Shown here in pieces: positions 1-13,200 of a stretch of 64,000 bases of DNA (positions are counted from its first letter, which is position 1; the number at the start of each line of letters is the position of its first letter). Below the pieces are notes generated by a model. It did not search any database, had not been told where the DNA came from, and saw only the letters and a program-made list of their open reading frames with translations. The DNA is from Balanoglossus misakiensis (lineage: Eukaryota; Animalia; Hemichordata). The translations under genes and the position numbers were made by a program. The DNA lies in contig CM082582.2 in assembly GCA_040954595.2 (NCBI GenBank), positions 13,180,327 to 13,244,326 of the forward strand, given 5' to 3'.

Positions 1-345
1 AACTCCTCATTTCATGAAGACAACCACATGTGAAACACAAATCTGACAAACAAGCAACTTGATATTTCCCAGCACTCCATTGCATCTGACCTCAGAAGAT
101 TATAATTTGCAAACCCATCAATACACCATTGAAGCATGAAACTTACTTCGGTGATTTTGACTCTACCAAGATAAGCCTAGTATAAATGCTTTTCTCAGCA
201 GTTTTTCTGTGTGCATTGATTCAAGAACTGTGAAGTCAATGCATGGGCAGTGATTGAAGTCTACCCAATTTTACGTGGTGTATGTAGGTGGGACTTTGTT
301 GTGTGTTTTGTTGTGGTTTTTGTTGTTGTTGTCATCAATATTTAC

Positions 346-1881
346 CTCTCGGGACATTGCTCTCTTTGATGAAAATCCAAGGTGTTTCTTGGAAGGTAGT
401 GGCTACAGAACTGACATGCAGCAGGCAGTTCACGCACAGCCTTCTCAACCGCCAGGTTTCTTGAGCACAGACTACGGCTGATCTCACAACGGCAATTTGG
501 ACAGGTGGCCTGTTCGTTCTTCAGCCGTGCATCAGCGAGCAGATGGGTGAAACATACAGCGCACATCAAATGTCCATTCATACACTGTATGGGGGAAATA
601 AAACAAATATATATATTTGAGAGTTGTCATTATACCTTGCATCACTGAAGCGCTTGGAACAGTTGCATTTCATGCAATAGACATCTACAAATCCACCTGC
701 TTTATTCACAAAAACAGTCCAGTTTTGCTTCTTGGTCGTTTTTTCATGGTAATTAGCCAGATGGTACAAATATGGTGTTGTACACAATTTAATATCGGGT
801 GTTTACCTATAATTATTTCACATTTTCTATATTGTGGTTAGATCTTGTGAAAAAAACATGTGATCATGTTTTACAGTGACAGTAAAATGCAATGACACCT
901 CATTTTATTTAAAGTTGAATCATTTGGAAAGATCAAACCTGACAAATTGGCAAAGGCATGGTGTTATATGTAACACACGGTCAAATGAAGTGAGTAACAG
1001 CTGTCGACCTTTAGAAAATATTGATAACTTATCGTAACGTAACCTTTATGAATAATTGCATACGTGGGCGAACGGTCAAAATTTTTTGTTTTACTTTATA
1101 GTCCGCATATCAACCGCGGTGGTAATGTTGTCTTAATAAATACTTTATAATATGGCTGTAATTTACGTTATGACTGGGTTAAAAAAGTACAGCAGCACGT
1201 CAGTACTATCAACGAAATAAAAAATATTGTACCAGACAAAAATGGGTGTGGCTGGAGGTCGCTACACGGTCGCCAGGGGCCAGCTAACCTACAAGCCACT
1301 TCCGATTAAGTATCAATCACGTTCATTGAAACAAATGGCATTTTGTGAAAATGTACCGTGTAACATTAAATTCTCTTCGTGTTCTGACTGACAAGTGTTA
1401 CCTAGCATATTCATTTAGTTCTGTAAAATATTTCCATTGAGTTTGGCCGCATCCAGAAAGGGGCGTATTGCGTCATCAACAAAATAAAAACACTGGATTC
1501 TGAACACCGAAAAACACCCTTTTCTGTGATGGCCCCAGCATAAAATTTCAACTTTTCCCCTTAGAGTACAGTTTAGAGTAATAACATCATGTCTGAAATC
1601 AACATTTACACAGAACGTTTGGTATGTAGGTAATTTCAGGGAATTTTAGGCCACAGTTGCCGAGCAAATCGAACCTGGTAGATCGCTGCCGGGGGTAGGT
1701 CTAAACAGACCGCACAACAGAGGATTCCGTTCAGTCTTTGCTCCAGTTTTTCTTCCACAGGGATTTTCTCGTCATCAATCTTCGCTTTCTTTTTGATCGG
1801 TTCTTCGGTATCAATTTTCATTTCCTTCGTTTCTCGACTTTCGTCGATGTTCGCGGTGGATGCGATTGCAACGTCCGCCAT
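346..1881 (-). CDS. CYHR1: Cysteine/histidine-rich protein 1 (zinc finger TRAF-type containing 1), first two coding exons; gene runs off the left edge
   Basis: Exon 1881-1675 (MADVAIAS...[24 protein letters not shown]|gt) and exon 584-346 ([54 protein letters not shown]...QCPER|gt), both with canonical GT-AG. The C-x-NGHLMC...[22 protein letters not shown]...RNLAVEKAV motif matches my recollection of CYHR1. Confidence 0.92.
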
Positions 1882-1904
1882 GTTTGTTGATGTTTCTCTC
1901 TTGG

Positions 1905-1975
1905 AACGTAGTGATGACGTCACTGATAACCAATGACATCTCGTTTCTCATCCACGAGACTTGACCAATAGCATT
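1905..1975 (-). promoter_or_regulatory. CYHR1 proximal promoter elements
   Basis: Palindromic CRE TGACGTCA at 1915-1922 and two CCAAT boxes (1930-1934, 1965-1969) within 90 nt of the ATG; YY1-like AACATGGCGG across the start codon. Confidence 0.5.
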
Positions 1976-2962
1976 GTTTATTTCATCTGTCAATTTCATT
2001 ATTAATGACGGGAACAATCAAACTTATTTACATATGTACAATGGGACAAAACCCAAGTTTATTGAATGGCATGTCACATGACACGCCTCTCGTGCGTCCA
2101 GGGTACTGCACTGCCCCCGTCGGTGACCTCGTTCATCTCTGCAGATCCTTCCAAGATCCAGAGGCAGGGATCCATGATATTCCTGGATTTGCAACATGCA
2201 TGGTCAGTCCAGGAGCCTGGATGGTCAAAGAGAACTTCAGTCAAGTCTTATGCAAACATTGTTTTATGTTCAGATGGGTATGGGCAAAAATGACAAGTGA
2301 AACTTTTGTTTTTATTACCATTTATTCAGTTTCGGGCAACAAAACTATGGTTACTATCATAGTCTGCCAGTACATGTATTGTGCATAGTGAAATTTGAAC
2401 AAACATATCCACATCCTGCTTGGCCCTTCCCAAAATGGAAGACTGTGGTTCTCCTTTTGTGCATGTTAGTCACAATAGACCACTGGAGTTGGTTGTAAAT
2501 GCACAATCTGTGTTTATAGAAAATTTCAATCATGGAAAAGAAACCAATTTTATTTTGAAAATGACAAAGTTGAAGAATGCTCAATTTGTCAACACTGAAT
2601 CACACAACATACTAAGCTCCAAAATCACATTTATAGAGCAAGTAGTTCCTCTTTATTAATTCATATTCCAGTTTTTGTTGGTATGTACAAATACACAAGT
2701 GAAAAGTGAAATGCATAGCTGCAAACTTTGATGAATTGAGTTGTCAAATCAGCAAAAAATTCACAAAGATTTCATTAGGGAAAAAACACATCAAAGGCAA
2801 CAAAATTTGGCTCGCACATGTCTCTTTATTGATCACAACTTCCTTTTTCTTTTCCAAGCACCTTTTACAAATTTGCAATATTTCTTTGAAAATGTTAAAA
2901 ACAGGTTTTGCATGATATTTTTTGTTAACTTTTGCGGTTCTACTTGGTGCACATTTATTCTT

Positions 2963-5900
2963 CTAGTCATCAGAGCCAGTCCCTCTTTTTGAACGCCGAC
3001 GTGGTGATGATCTTTTCGGAGAGGTTTTCTGATCTGCAATAGAAGAAGGCACAGCACAGATTAGCATTTAAGTGAAAGTCCTTTTTTATTAACAAAAAAT
3101 ATAGAAAGGACGAGGCTAGGATTGAGAAGCAAATGAATGTAGATCACTTACTCATCTCAAGGTTGGACTTTGGTATCCATTCATAGTCAACATCTGTATG
3201 GTTTTGAGTTCCCATTTCAACCACTTGCTTAGATGGCCTTTTCTTTTTCTGTGGAGACATCAAAATATTCAGATATTGAAATCAATTTTCCAACCAAGCT
3301 TCTCAAAATTTGATAGTGGACAAAAAGTAATTGTTAGACAAGTATAATTTCACATGAAAAGTCACAGGTAATATTGTCAAAATCCAACTTACACTGAAAC
3401 TGGTAAAGAACTGTTGTCCAGCAACCATGAGAAGTACAGCTACAGCAATTAAGAACACATAAAGGAAAAATCTGCAACAAAAAGAATGTGCGTTGTTATC
3501 AGTTTTTATGTATATATATATATATGTATGTAAATTGCATGTGTGTGTGCATGCATGGATGTGTGTAAATTGTAAGTTGCCCAATATGTTTGATATCATC
3601 ATACCCGAACATGAAATGGTTAATTTCACCTGTCCTCAGATTTTGTTGGATAATCAGTGAGCTGCCTTGGATCAAAACCACGTGGGTGTTCAATGAACAG
3701 AGCAATCCAACAAGTTAGAAACTGAACTGAAACAACCAGAAGAACTCTGGGTCGCAACAATATCAATATTCTTGTATGTCTTCTTGCTCCCCAACATGGT
3801 TAAGGACCAGACAATGTCAGCCCAAATGCCTTACATAGAAACATCATTGGACAAAGGTACGTGGATGTAGCAATATCTGCCACATCTTTATATTATAGTG
3901 GGGTTGCTAGTTAATGAGTTAGCATGTGAGGCTATCAATATGAGTAGATTGCCAGCCAGTTGGAGGTGGATAGCTGGCGCCCTCAACCTCCTGGTTAGCC
4001 CAGACACACAAGAATATAATTAGCTTACGTTTCAGTATCTAGTCCTTCATCTAATTCAATTATGCTGATTGTTTCATTGTACACTGCATCTTGGAAGATA
4101 TTTCCTTCCTGAAAAGTAAGAAAGTCATCTTTTTATTATATGTTACACACAGAAATGTTAAAAAGAATCTTCATGCCACAAGTGCTTGGTGGCATTTTCA
4201 CACTTCCAAACTTCTAAAGTTTGGTTTGTCATGTTCTGAATAGATGATTAGAAAGGGGAGCTACTTACCACATCTTTGTAATTGAGATTTACCACAAGGC
4301 CAAAAGGACGTCCAGCATATGCTTCATTTGGAGTGAATACATATTCAAATGTTGATTGTCTGTTTGGTTGTACCACTGTGTCGTATCTGAAGGCTGTGAA
4401 CTAGAAGATAAAGCAAGATTTCAGTACTTCTGTGTGTTAAGTACTGAACATTCTTGATAAACAAGGCATCTATCTGGAGTTTGTCTGTTTGGTTCAAGAC
4501 CGAAGTAAACCCCTGAGTATTTGTGTATATCAGCCCAATGAAGTAAAGCGAAAATCCATAGTATCTCACAGGGTACTTACATTCTGGATGAAGAATGAAA
4601 AATCTTGTGGGTAGCGGAAAGATGCCTCCATGTTCTCCACAAGGAAGTCCTGTTCACCTTTGTTTGTGAATCCCACAAGGATTCGGACCACTTTACCAGC
4701 AATGATTTCTACAAGATACAATAAGGTACTATTTGTAAAAAGACTGTATATGTGAAACATTTTAGACAGGCTAACAACATTACAATTTGTTCATGATAAT
4801 ATGTCCAGTAACATACCTGTTCTTTTGTGTTTGAAAATATTTACGAGGGTCTCATTATAAATTACTGAAGCATCATTCCTTTGCCACTCATATTAAACCC
4901 ACTCTAAACTCCGCCATATCTAATGGTTGACAAACTAACCTTGTTCAGATCCTTTGGTGAAAAGAATGATTGTGTCAGCATCTGGGGAAGCTTTCAGAGG
5001 TTCTTCTTCTTCTTCCTCCTCCTCCTCTTCTTCCGTCTCCGCAGGGGCCGTTTCTGCTCCCCCATCTCCCTCCCCTTCTTCCTCCTCCTCTTCTACCTGA
5101 ACTTCAATGTCTTCATCATCATCATCCTCACCCTCCACTAAATCTTCCACACCATCATCTTGAGCTCTCACCAAGGTGCTATCTGAAATCAAACATGAAA
5201 TCAACAAAGCTGTTAGCAGTTCAATTGGCACCAGAATGGGGTATGCACATCAATGGGAAATGTACACACTACTGCCATATGTTGCAGTTTTAAATGACAA
5301 TGTTTGAAAAAATATCCCCCAAGATAGATAGTACTCATAATAATCGTTTGATTTTCATGCTTTTGGAAAAGGGAACCATCTTTGGCTTCATGTTGATTGA
5401 CCGCACATTTTGACCTCAATGTGCTTGGATACCCATTGTATACAAATTATACGAGTCCTCACCACACACGAGGTCATCGTGTCCTATGTGTACGTGTGTA
5501 GTCCACAACCACATACGAGAACTCTAATATTTCGCCAGAACAAAATTAATTGGTCAAAGATGACTAGATAAACCCTTCTCTGACATTTATCAGATAACTC
5601 CGATGACATCGAACAGAACTGTATGGATAACGCGGAGAGACTTTCAGAGTAATGCAAATCCGGAAGCCATACTGAATACTGTAGTGATCCCGGAAGAGCA
5701 ATGGTATCTCTCAAAACAGTTCCAATAATGGCAATATTTTGTGACCTGGAACTTGTGGAACAGTGTAAAACGTTCCTCGTGAACACAGACCATGGTTGAT
5801 GGCCCAGGTTTTGATTTTGTCAATTAAGAAACAAAATGCAACCCTACATAGTAACAGAACACCGAAGTACTATAGATCAAGATAAGGAAGTTTCCACGTA

Positions 5901-6036
5901 GGCGATTCTGAATGAACAATAAGAGTTTGTTTACAGGAGACACTACATAATACAAACACGTACCATTATTTGTAAAGATCACTGTCGTTGGCAATACCAA
6001 CAGTAGTACCAAGAGGAGTCTTCTGAGAATCTTCAT
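2963..6036 (-). CDS. SSR1: Translocon-associated protein subunit alpha (signal sequence receptor alpha), complete, 8 exons
   Basis: Exons 6036-5964, 5182-4940, 4708-4581, 4400-4269, 4108-4029, 3471-3393, 3248-3152, 3033-2963 join in frame. Signal peptide, acidic N-terminus, [67 protein letters not shown] transmembrane segment, [15 protein letters not shown] and basic tail ending GSDD-stop. Confidence 0.96.
3508..3566. repeat. Compound (TA)n/(TG)n microsatellite in an SSR1 intron
   Basis: TATATATATATATATGTATG...GTGTGTGTG seen directly. Confidence 0.75.
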
Positions 6037-7259
6037 TTTCGGTCCAAGGTCCTAAAACTGCTCCGGAGAGCAGATGATGGTGGATATTTGAGAGGGACTG
6101 TGCCCGACTTCAACGTACCAATATGGCGTACAGGTGTCGAAAAGGACCAGCAGGCCGAAAACGAGGCTGTGTGTAACCTTTCGTTTCGTGGCAGACGCGC
6201 GCGCCCTCAGCTGTGAAAGGGTTATGCGGGTTGAACTATTCAACTCGAATTTACATCACGATATCATTATCATAAACTTATGTTATACAGCAACAGGCAA
6301 TTGAATGTGCAATTGAATTATTGAATAACATGAAAAATGTGTGAGGGTATTACGCAATTGATTTCTTGGCTACAATAACCCCACATTTTGTCCGTATGTT
6401 TCTGGTACTTAGGCCAACTGGTACACGTGGTCCTAAATAGTTACTGGTATCGATCACTTTATTTTAGAATTTTTGGGCCGAATATTTTACATGCTGTGCT
6501 GCCGAATTTCTTTCAAACTTGACGCATTGACACAGGAAAATTTCAAAACAGCAATGTCAAGGAAATGGTGTAGAAAAACGGAAAGCAGATCATAAGAGTA
6601 ACAGTCCCCTAACAGTCGGGCAAAATAATTCATATTTAAATACTTGCTTCAAATAACCTAAAATCAGCACGGATTCCTGTTATATTGCACCCAATATAAC
6701 ATATCATCCGGAAATTCATGGTCATGATGACTAAAAAGACCAGAGCCTGAATATTACTCTCTACATGTCGTGGTCAAATTTAAAGGAGCAACAAATAAAA
6801 GTTGTTTTAAAACACACAAAAGTACAATAACAGCTGGTTTTGTAACAGAATTTCTTTGTCTCCATGTGTATTTATTCACAATTTCACCAAAACATTTCAC
6901 TTCGATATCATTTCCGTGTTTTCCTGCGGTGTTTTGCGCTTTTGCAGGCTAAAGTAAAGTTGTACCAACGGGTAAAACTTTTTGAAGTTACCATCAGCGA
7001 TATAGACAGCTAGCATGCCGAAATCCCAAAGATATTATGGTGTCACAGGAAAAGAATCGAAAATATAGCATCAGATGATTTAGAGATTACATTTCTTTCT
7101 TTCTTTCTCTTTGATACAGGCAGGTTGATCCGTCATCACTGAATATAGAGCCAGAGAATCGTGATAGAGAGCGCCTCGAGCGACAAAAGCTATTCCAGCC
7201 AGCCAGTCGTATGATACGCACAGAAAACTCTCACAATATTTTCCTGTTTGTTGACGACA

Positions 7260-7294
7260 ATGATGATGATGATGATAATGATGATGATGATGAT
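7260..7294. repeat. (ATG/GAT)n trinucleotide microsatellite
   Basis: ATGATGATGATGATGATAATGATGATGATGATGAT, about 11 units with one interruption; it accounts for the poly-Met ORF 7248-7520. Confidence 0.9.
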
Positions 7295-10200
7295 AGAGGT
7301 AGGCCTAGATACCACGAACCACACACATGCTTACCTTTACCCTTTAACGCAGGAAATGAAGAGTAAAGCAAGGATCTGTTACCCGTGGTTTTATGGTGTA
7401 TCTAGTGTATATCGCAATCAATTTGTGTGTAAACAGATATATTTCTGTCTATCTGAATGCTCCTCCTTGAAATTGACAACAAAAATCCGATTAACCGTAC
7501 TCAGTTACAACCTTGTGTGAAATGAACATTACCACCCCAAGTTGTTAATGGTTTCTACCTTATTGACTTCCGCATTTGAGTTTGTAAGATGTAACATTAT
7601 TGGATAATTTTGTAGACGATGTCACTTCCGAACCAATCCACGCACATGTACTTTTACAGTACCTACGACCTTTATGCGAATAAGCCGGCTGCAGGTCAAC
7701 ACTTAGTTTCATTCGAGTCGCAAGATCAGCAAACGGCGATCGCATAGAGTTTGCCACCATTTTGTACAATCAGAATTCGTGTCACTCCATATGGGTTGGT
7801 AAGTGGGCTTTACTGTCATAACTAGTACCTATGGAAGAAAGATCGGACATCTGCATTGTTGATTTTCGTCGCTTGACACAAAATTTTGAAAGACAGCTGG
7901 ATCAAAATGGTCCCTACGCCTACTTTACTGGCGTATCGCATTTACACACATTACTGTCTGTGTATTTCCCACACACAAATTCGATCGTGGTTTCAGTTTA
8001 CACACGTACTTATTGGCATCGCGTCGATCGAAGCGAAACAATCGCTGGTCAGCTATGATACTACGATTTCACGATCTTGTGTGTCATTTCAGTGAATTTC
8101 ATAATGAAAACTATAATCGTCCGGTGATCTGTCAAGTGTTTTGCGTATGATATATACATACAGGAGCGGTCTGGGACCATCCTTGAAATGGGACATGTCT
8201 GTGATTCCATTTCCAGTGGTACAAAACAATTGACAGTTATGTTGATGATCGCCATTCTTTTTCTGCAACTGACACACACTTAAGTTGAATGAAATCATAT
8301 TTGCATTGTGTTACATTACAATCACTATGATCTGTCAAGAGTGTTTGGTCTCCGGCTGTGTGTGTGGGGGGATCGATTACTGTGTGAGTGTGTGGTTTGA
8401 CCACAGACATAAACGATCGGGTAGCAACATGTATCGTTGGTGTAATGCATTACACTGAACGACACGCAGAGGACATGTTTACCCCCTGTCCGGGGCTGAA
8501 CCTGACAGTTAACAAGTTAGGGACGAGTTGATGATCAGAAATGCAGTATAAAGCGATCCAAGAACGACCAATAGAGTACAAAGCGGGCACACTACAGGTG
8601 TCCAACATACAATAAGTCTTTTGTAAAGTTCTGTGACATTGGGCTCAGCATGACTACGATCCTTGTGTTATCAGTTAGAAAACAATGATGTCAGCGATAT
8701 ACATAGATCATCGCAGTATTTACAACTTTGCAATTTGCACGCACCTAGTCATTGCCATCTCTCTCTTTTTTTCTCTTCACTTATGCAACCTTTTTACCAC
8801 TAGAAACAGTGAGAGTGACCAGTCCACCTCATGTTCATATGTGTAACCTCATAACCCATCAGTAGCGGTGTGGTTCCGAGAGAGGTAACGTGATAGAGGG
8901 AAGGCTGTAGCTAGACAGAGACTTGACGTTGTAGTATGTCCTCGTCAAACATCACACAGCCTAGACGATCTCCTCAATTTCAAGATGCAATGAGCAGTTC
9001 ACGACAAATAGCAACATCATCCTCATCAGCCACAGACTCATCTCAGTCACAAACTAGCACCAGCCAAACATCCAGTTCACTTGGTAAGTTGGCATAATTA
9101 AATTTACACTTAATTCCTCTCTATTCCGTGAAAAGTTCTAATTCTAGTTAAAAGTATGGAAAATGTTAACAAATTGTAGATGTAAATTAATTTTGACCAT
9201 CGATGACGTGCATCCCTTACAGAGAAACATCTTAAATTTGATTCTGCAAATTTTTTATTTTGAGCTATAAATATAATCACTATTCTGTAATGTCCTTCAT
9301 ATCTCATTCTTAGAATTTTTCCATTGCTATGCTATGGCTACCATTCACACAACCACACTAACAGTGTTGCTCAAGTGTCTATGTGCTCCCATATGTCACT
9401 GAAATGAATAATTGTACTGAAGTTAACTGTTTAAAATTAATTAGAATGTTTAGTTCAATATAACTGTGTCTTCATACACTGGATTACTTAATTCATAACA
9501 TGCACACCATTCTTTCAGTTTCCATCCTCTCTTGAGTTTTGACCACTTATTGATTTGTGTAGAGTGCACTTTGACCCTTCCATCTCATTTAAAGGTCCAG
9601 CCATACTATTGACAACAATAGGAATGGACCAGAGTATGTGGGTGGAATGGTTAAAACCAACACAAATTGTTGATGAAATGGTCGTTTTACTAAATGTTTA
9701 ATTTAATGAAAAAAACTAGTTATTGTCAGGTATAAAATCTAATAATAGAGATAATAAAATTGAAATTTTATTAGCATAAACCTGAAGCGCTTTTAGTGAT
9801 GTAAATGTGCAGTGTGCATGGCGCATATTGTGCATGATGAGTAATATGAGCGCTAAGGATATGTTATTGGGGCTTTAACTATTGGGTTTGTTTTGTTGTT
9901 ATATGTATTTTGGTTCTGTTATCTGCACATCCATTACAAGTTAGGTGATATATGCTATTTATGACAGTAATCATTTAATCTCTGCAATGGATATGCAAAT
10001 CAGTGATTAAAGTTTTATGGAAGTTTTATTATGTATTTTATCTCCTACTACTGTCTCTGTGATTATGGAACTATGTAGGTTGGCAAGTGCATGTAATACA
10101 ACTGGTGTCTGTTACTTCCACTTATCATGGATAACATGTACCTGCTGTTTAGAAATGATACATAGTACAGTGATGTTAACAACAGACCTTGCATGTACTT

Positions 10201-13200
10201 GAACTGGGACAAATTTAGAGTAAATACTAAGTACTGTGCCAAGCACATGTTTATCCATATATGGTGTGCTCTTATTCTTCACGCGTTTTTGGGGATCATC
10301 TACACATGGAGTGTCTGGCGGGGATTGATGTGAATGGGAGTCTGTGTGCGAGTCATTGAGTCACGCAGTTATTGCATGAATTGGCCAACTAGGACACCGC
10401 TAGACATGTCCAGACACGCTTCACACATATGCACAGCTCGTCTGTCTCCTCAGTTACACCTGAACCTACTGTATCATATGCCGTGCAGGGAAACTTGTTT
10501 CAGAGTTGCCAAGAAAGTGGTTCTTCCCTGAGGAATACCGTGAGCGTACTTTTTTTACGCACACTCTTTGTTAGTTTGTGGTTGGTTTCTGTGGCGTAAC
10601 TAAAAGTATTGCTTCGTTTGCTGGGTCCACCCACGTCACGTTATTTGGAAGGAGTTTCCATTCACAACAGACACGGACAATAGTGGGTTGCGCAGGGGCG
10701 CTTAATGAAACCCCACCCTTCCATTGTTATGTTGATCCTACGGGGCAATGAAACATTAATTGAGTAGAATGTCAAAGGTCTATTGACAGACCGTGAAGAC
10801 TCCATTCTCGTCCTGATACGCACACTATTCTTATGTAAATAGGCACCTATTGACTGCCGTAGCTATTATGTGAGGTTTCGTTCATTGATCTTTCCAGTGT
10901 AATATTTGAGCCCCAGACAGACGCTGACAGATATGCCGCCGTTTGGCTTTTGTGTGGTCGTCTGATTGTACCAGGTGAATTACCTGGTATTAAGATAGTA
11001 CTCTCTGTTTGTGTGTTCAATCTATGGCTACCTAGGCATGGGGGTTGTAAAGGTTGTGAATGGGTGAATGCAAAGACTGACTGAATGTGGACAGAACGAT
11101 TCCTCAACAGGCATGAACTCTACACTCCAGGTTTAAAGGTACGCAGGTTCTCATAAATTGTGGGCGATGACCTTATTCGCAAAGTCGGCGGCCAAGAATT
11201 CAACAAATTGATTTTATTGCTGCAAAGTTATACATTAACCGTCACATTCCAATGTCAATCTGCCACCAGTTGGTATTAAGCAATATCTAAATTTACTTCT
11301 GGAGAACAATAAATAAACTTTGAACTGTTTCCCTGTGTGATCGTAGAGTGATTGATGACAATTGACTTTGTGTTACATTTCATAAATTCTTTCATATATT
11401 TTGTTCTTTTGTAGAATCCGTTTTTCTTTTTATAATAAAAAAACAAAGATATTTCCCGTTGGTGAAGACTGACTTTACAACATCTCCAGTCAAACAAATG
11501 TAAATTTTGAATATTTAATAAAACACAAAAAGTCCTGTTGTCAAGTGTTGACTGTTCAGTTTCTATGGAGATTTATCAACCGATAAAAGGTATCTCCAGC
11601 ATCGATTCCTAAAATCTGCTGACTGGCACATGATACCGTTTGGTATGACCTGTCTGTAATGTGTGTGTGGGTGGCAAGATGGTGACTCCAGTTCAAAATG
11701 AGCCAATAAATCCGGTGATTGACAGATACTAAGAGTCTCCTGATGGCAGATGAAGATTACTCACTTAGAGGGGGATCTTCTATAATTTGTCTCCACTGAC
11801 ATGAGATGTTTACAGCCGATCTTGTGCCCAGGTAAACCTCCCATTTGTTATCTGGAGCAGTTTCATTTCAGAAAGGAAACAAATTGAAAATCTAATACTG
11901 TAATCAGAAAAAATAAATGTGTTTTGTTGTATTGGATTGGCTGTATTGATTTGACCATACACTCTTGGTATCAGAACAATTTGGATTGCTACCCTGGTGA
12001 AATGTTGCAATGATGTCTGAAAACCACTTGTACAAAAAGTTAGCAAACTTTTTCCTTCACTTTTGCAGTCCTCTTGCACACACAGCAACACCGGATTAAA
12101 AGATAATCCTACCAACGTTGTAAAATGACACAAACCGCCGAAGGAAATTCTCCACAGAAAGCTTCCATATTTTGTTTGACAACACTGCAGTGCTGACAGT
12201 TAGGAAAAAGCTTTTGTCTGTATCAATATTTAAGATTAAGTCTCAGCTATTGAATTGATGAAATCTCAACAAAATGCCAAGTGCTGTACAATATGCAACC
12301 ACAGATCCCCCACAATGCTTGGGGAAAGCTGCATTGATGATGGTTTCATCATTGTTTAATATCGTGGTCAGGAAAAGCCTCCTCCGCTAAACAGATCATG
12401 AATCAAGATGTTATCCCCATTGCCAGATGATATTATTGAAATCCTGCATCTGCCAGGCAGATTTGTGGTTGCCCCAGACAAGAAGCTGTGTACATGTATT
12501 ATTTGTGTGTTCCTTCTGGAAGGGATTAAACATTGTCATCACAAACTAAAGAAACACGAAGTTACAAACATCTTAACCGTCTGTGAACTGAGTCTGAATC
12601 AAGAATTAATCTTTCTAACTTGATTGGACGGGTGTTAGTATTTTGAAATATTCCCAAACGAAAAAACATGAGAGTTTGGTGTAATTGCATTTCAAAAGAA
12701 ATGATATGAAATATGACAATTTACTTACACACTCATCAAAACACACACATGGCACTGCCAATACTAAGATAAATATATTTGTATGTGTTAACACTTGAGT
12801 TAACATAATGATAATCATATGAGCATGAAAACTAGCTCATTTTTAAAGGTTAACATCATGCATATTTCAAAAGCGCTTGTGCTGTTGTAGCTAGAAAACT
12901 GTGTTACATATTAAATTTCAATTAATATTTCATAAACGTCTTATGTCTGGAAAGTAAATGGCAAAAACCTCTGGCTGCAGAGGCATCACTGTTAGAAAAC
13001 TTGATGAAAGAAAAAGTGTGGATTCCGGTGGTTGCCATGGCTTCTGCGAGCTTGTTGGTAAATTTGCAAATCGAGTTTGGAAAAAAAGTTTTATGTCAAC
13101 ATACACCAACACAAGATAGACTGTCATCCAAGCTCATTTTTCAGCACCAAAGCACTTTTCAAAGAGACAGTTGCTTATTAGAAATTTTCCTTGAAAAGAA

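Noticed and set aside
3810-3853. C/D-box-like motif on the minus strand of SSR1 intron 5 (ATGATGT...CTGA with CAATG/CATTG stem)
   Set aside because: Only about 40 nt long with an imperfect C box; too short for a C/D snoRNA.
5000-5160. Poly-Glu/Asp trinucleotide runs
   Set aside because: Normal acidic N-terminus of TRAP-alpha; the plus-strand ORFs here are shadows.
7248-7520. Poly-Met ORF
   Set aside because: Product of the (ATG)n microsatellite; the rest has no protein-like features.
10227-10244. Partial similarity to miR-252 (CTAAGTACTGTGCC); also let-7-like word near 44337 and miR-184-like word near 59283
   Set aside because: Matches are short or broken and no precursor hairpin is evident.
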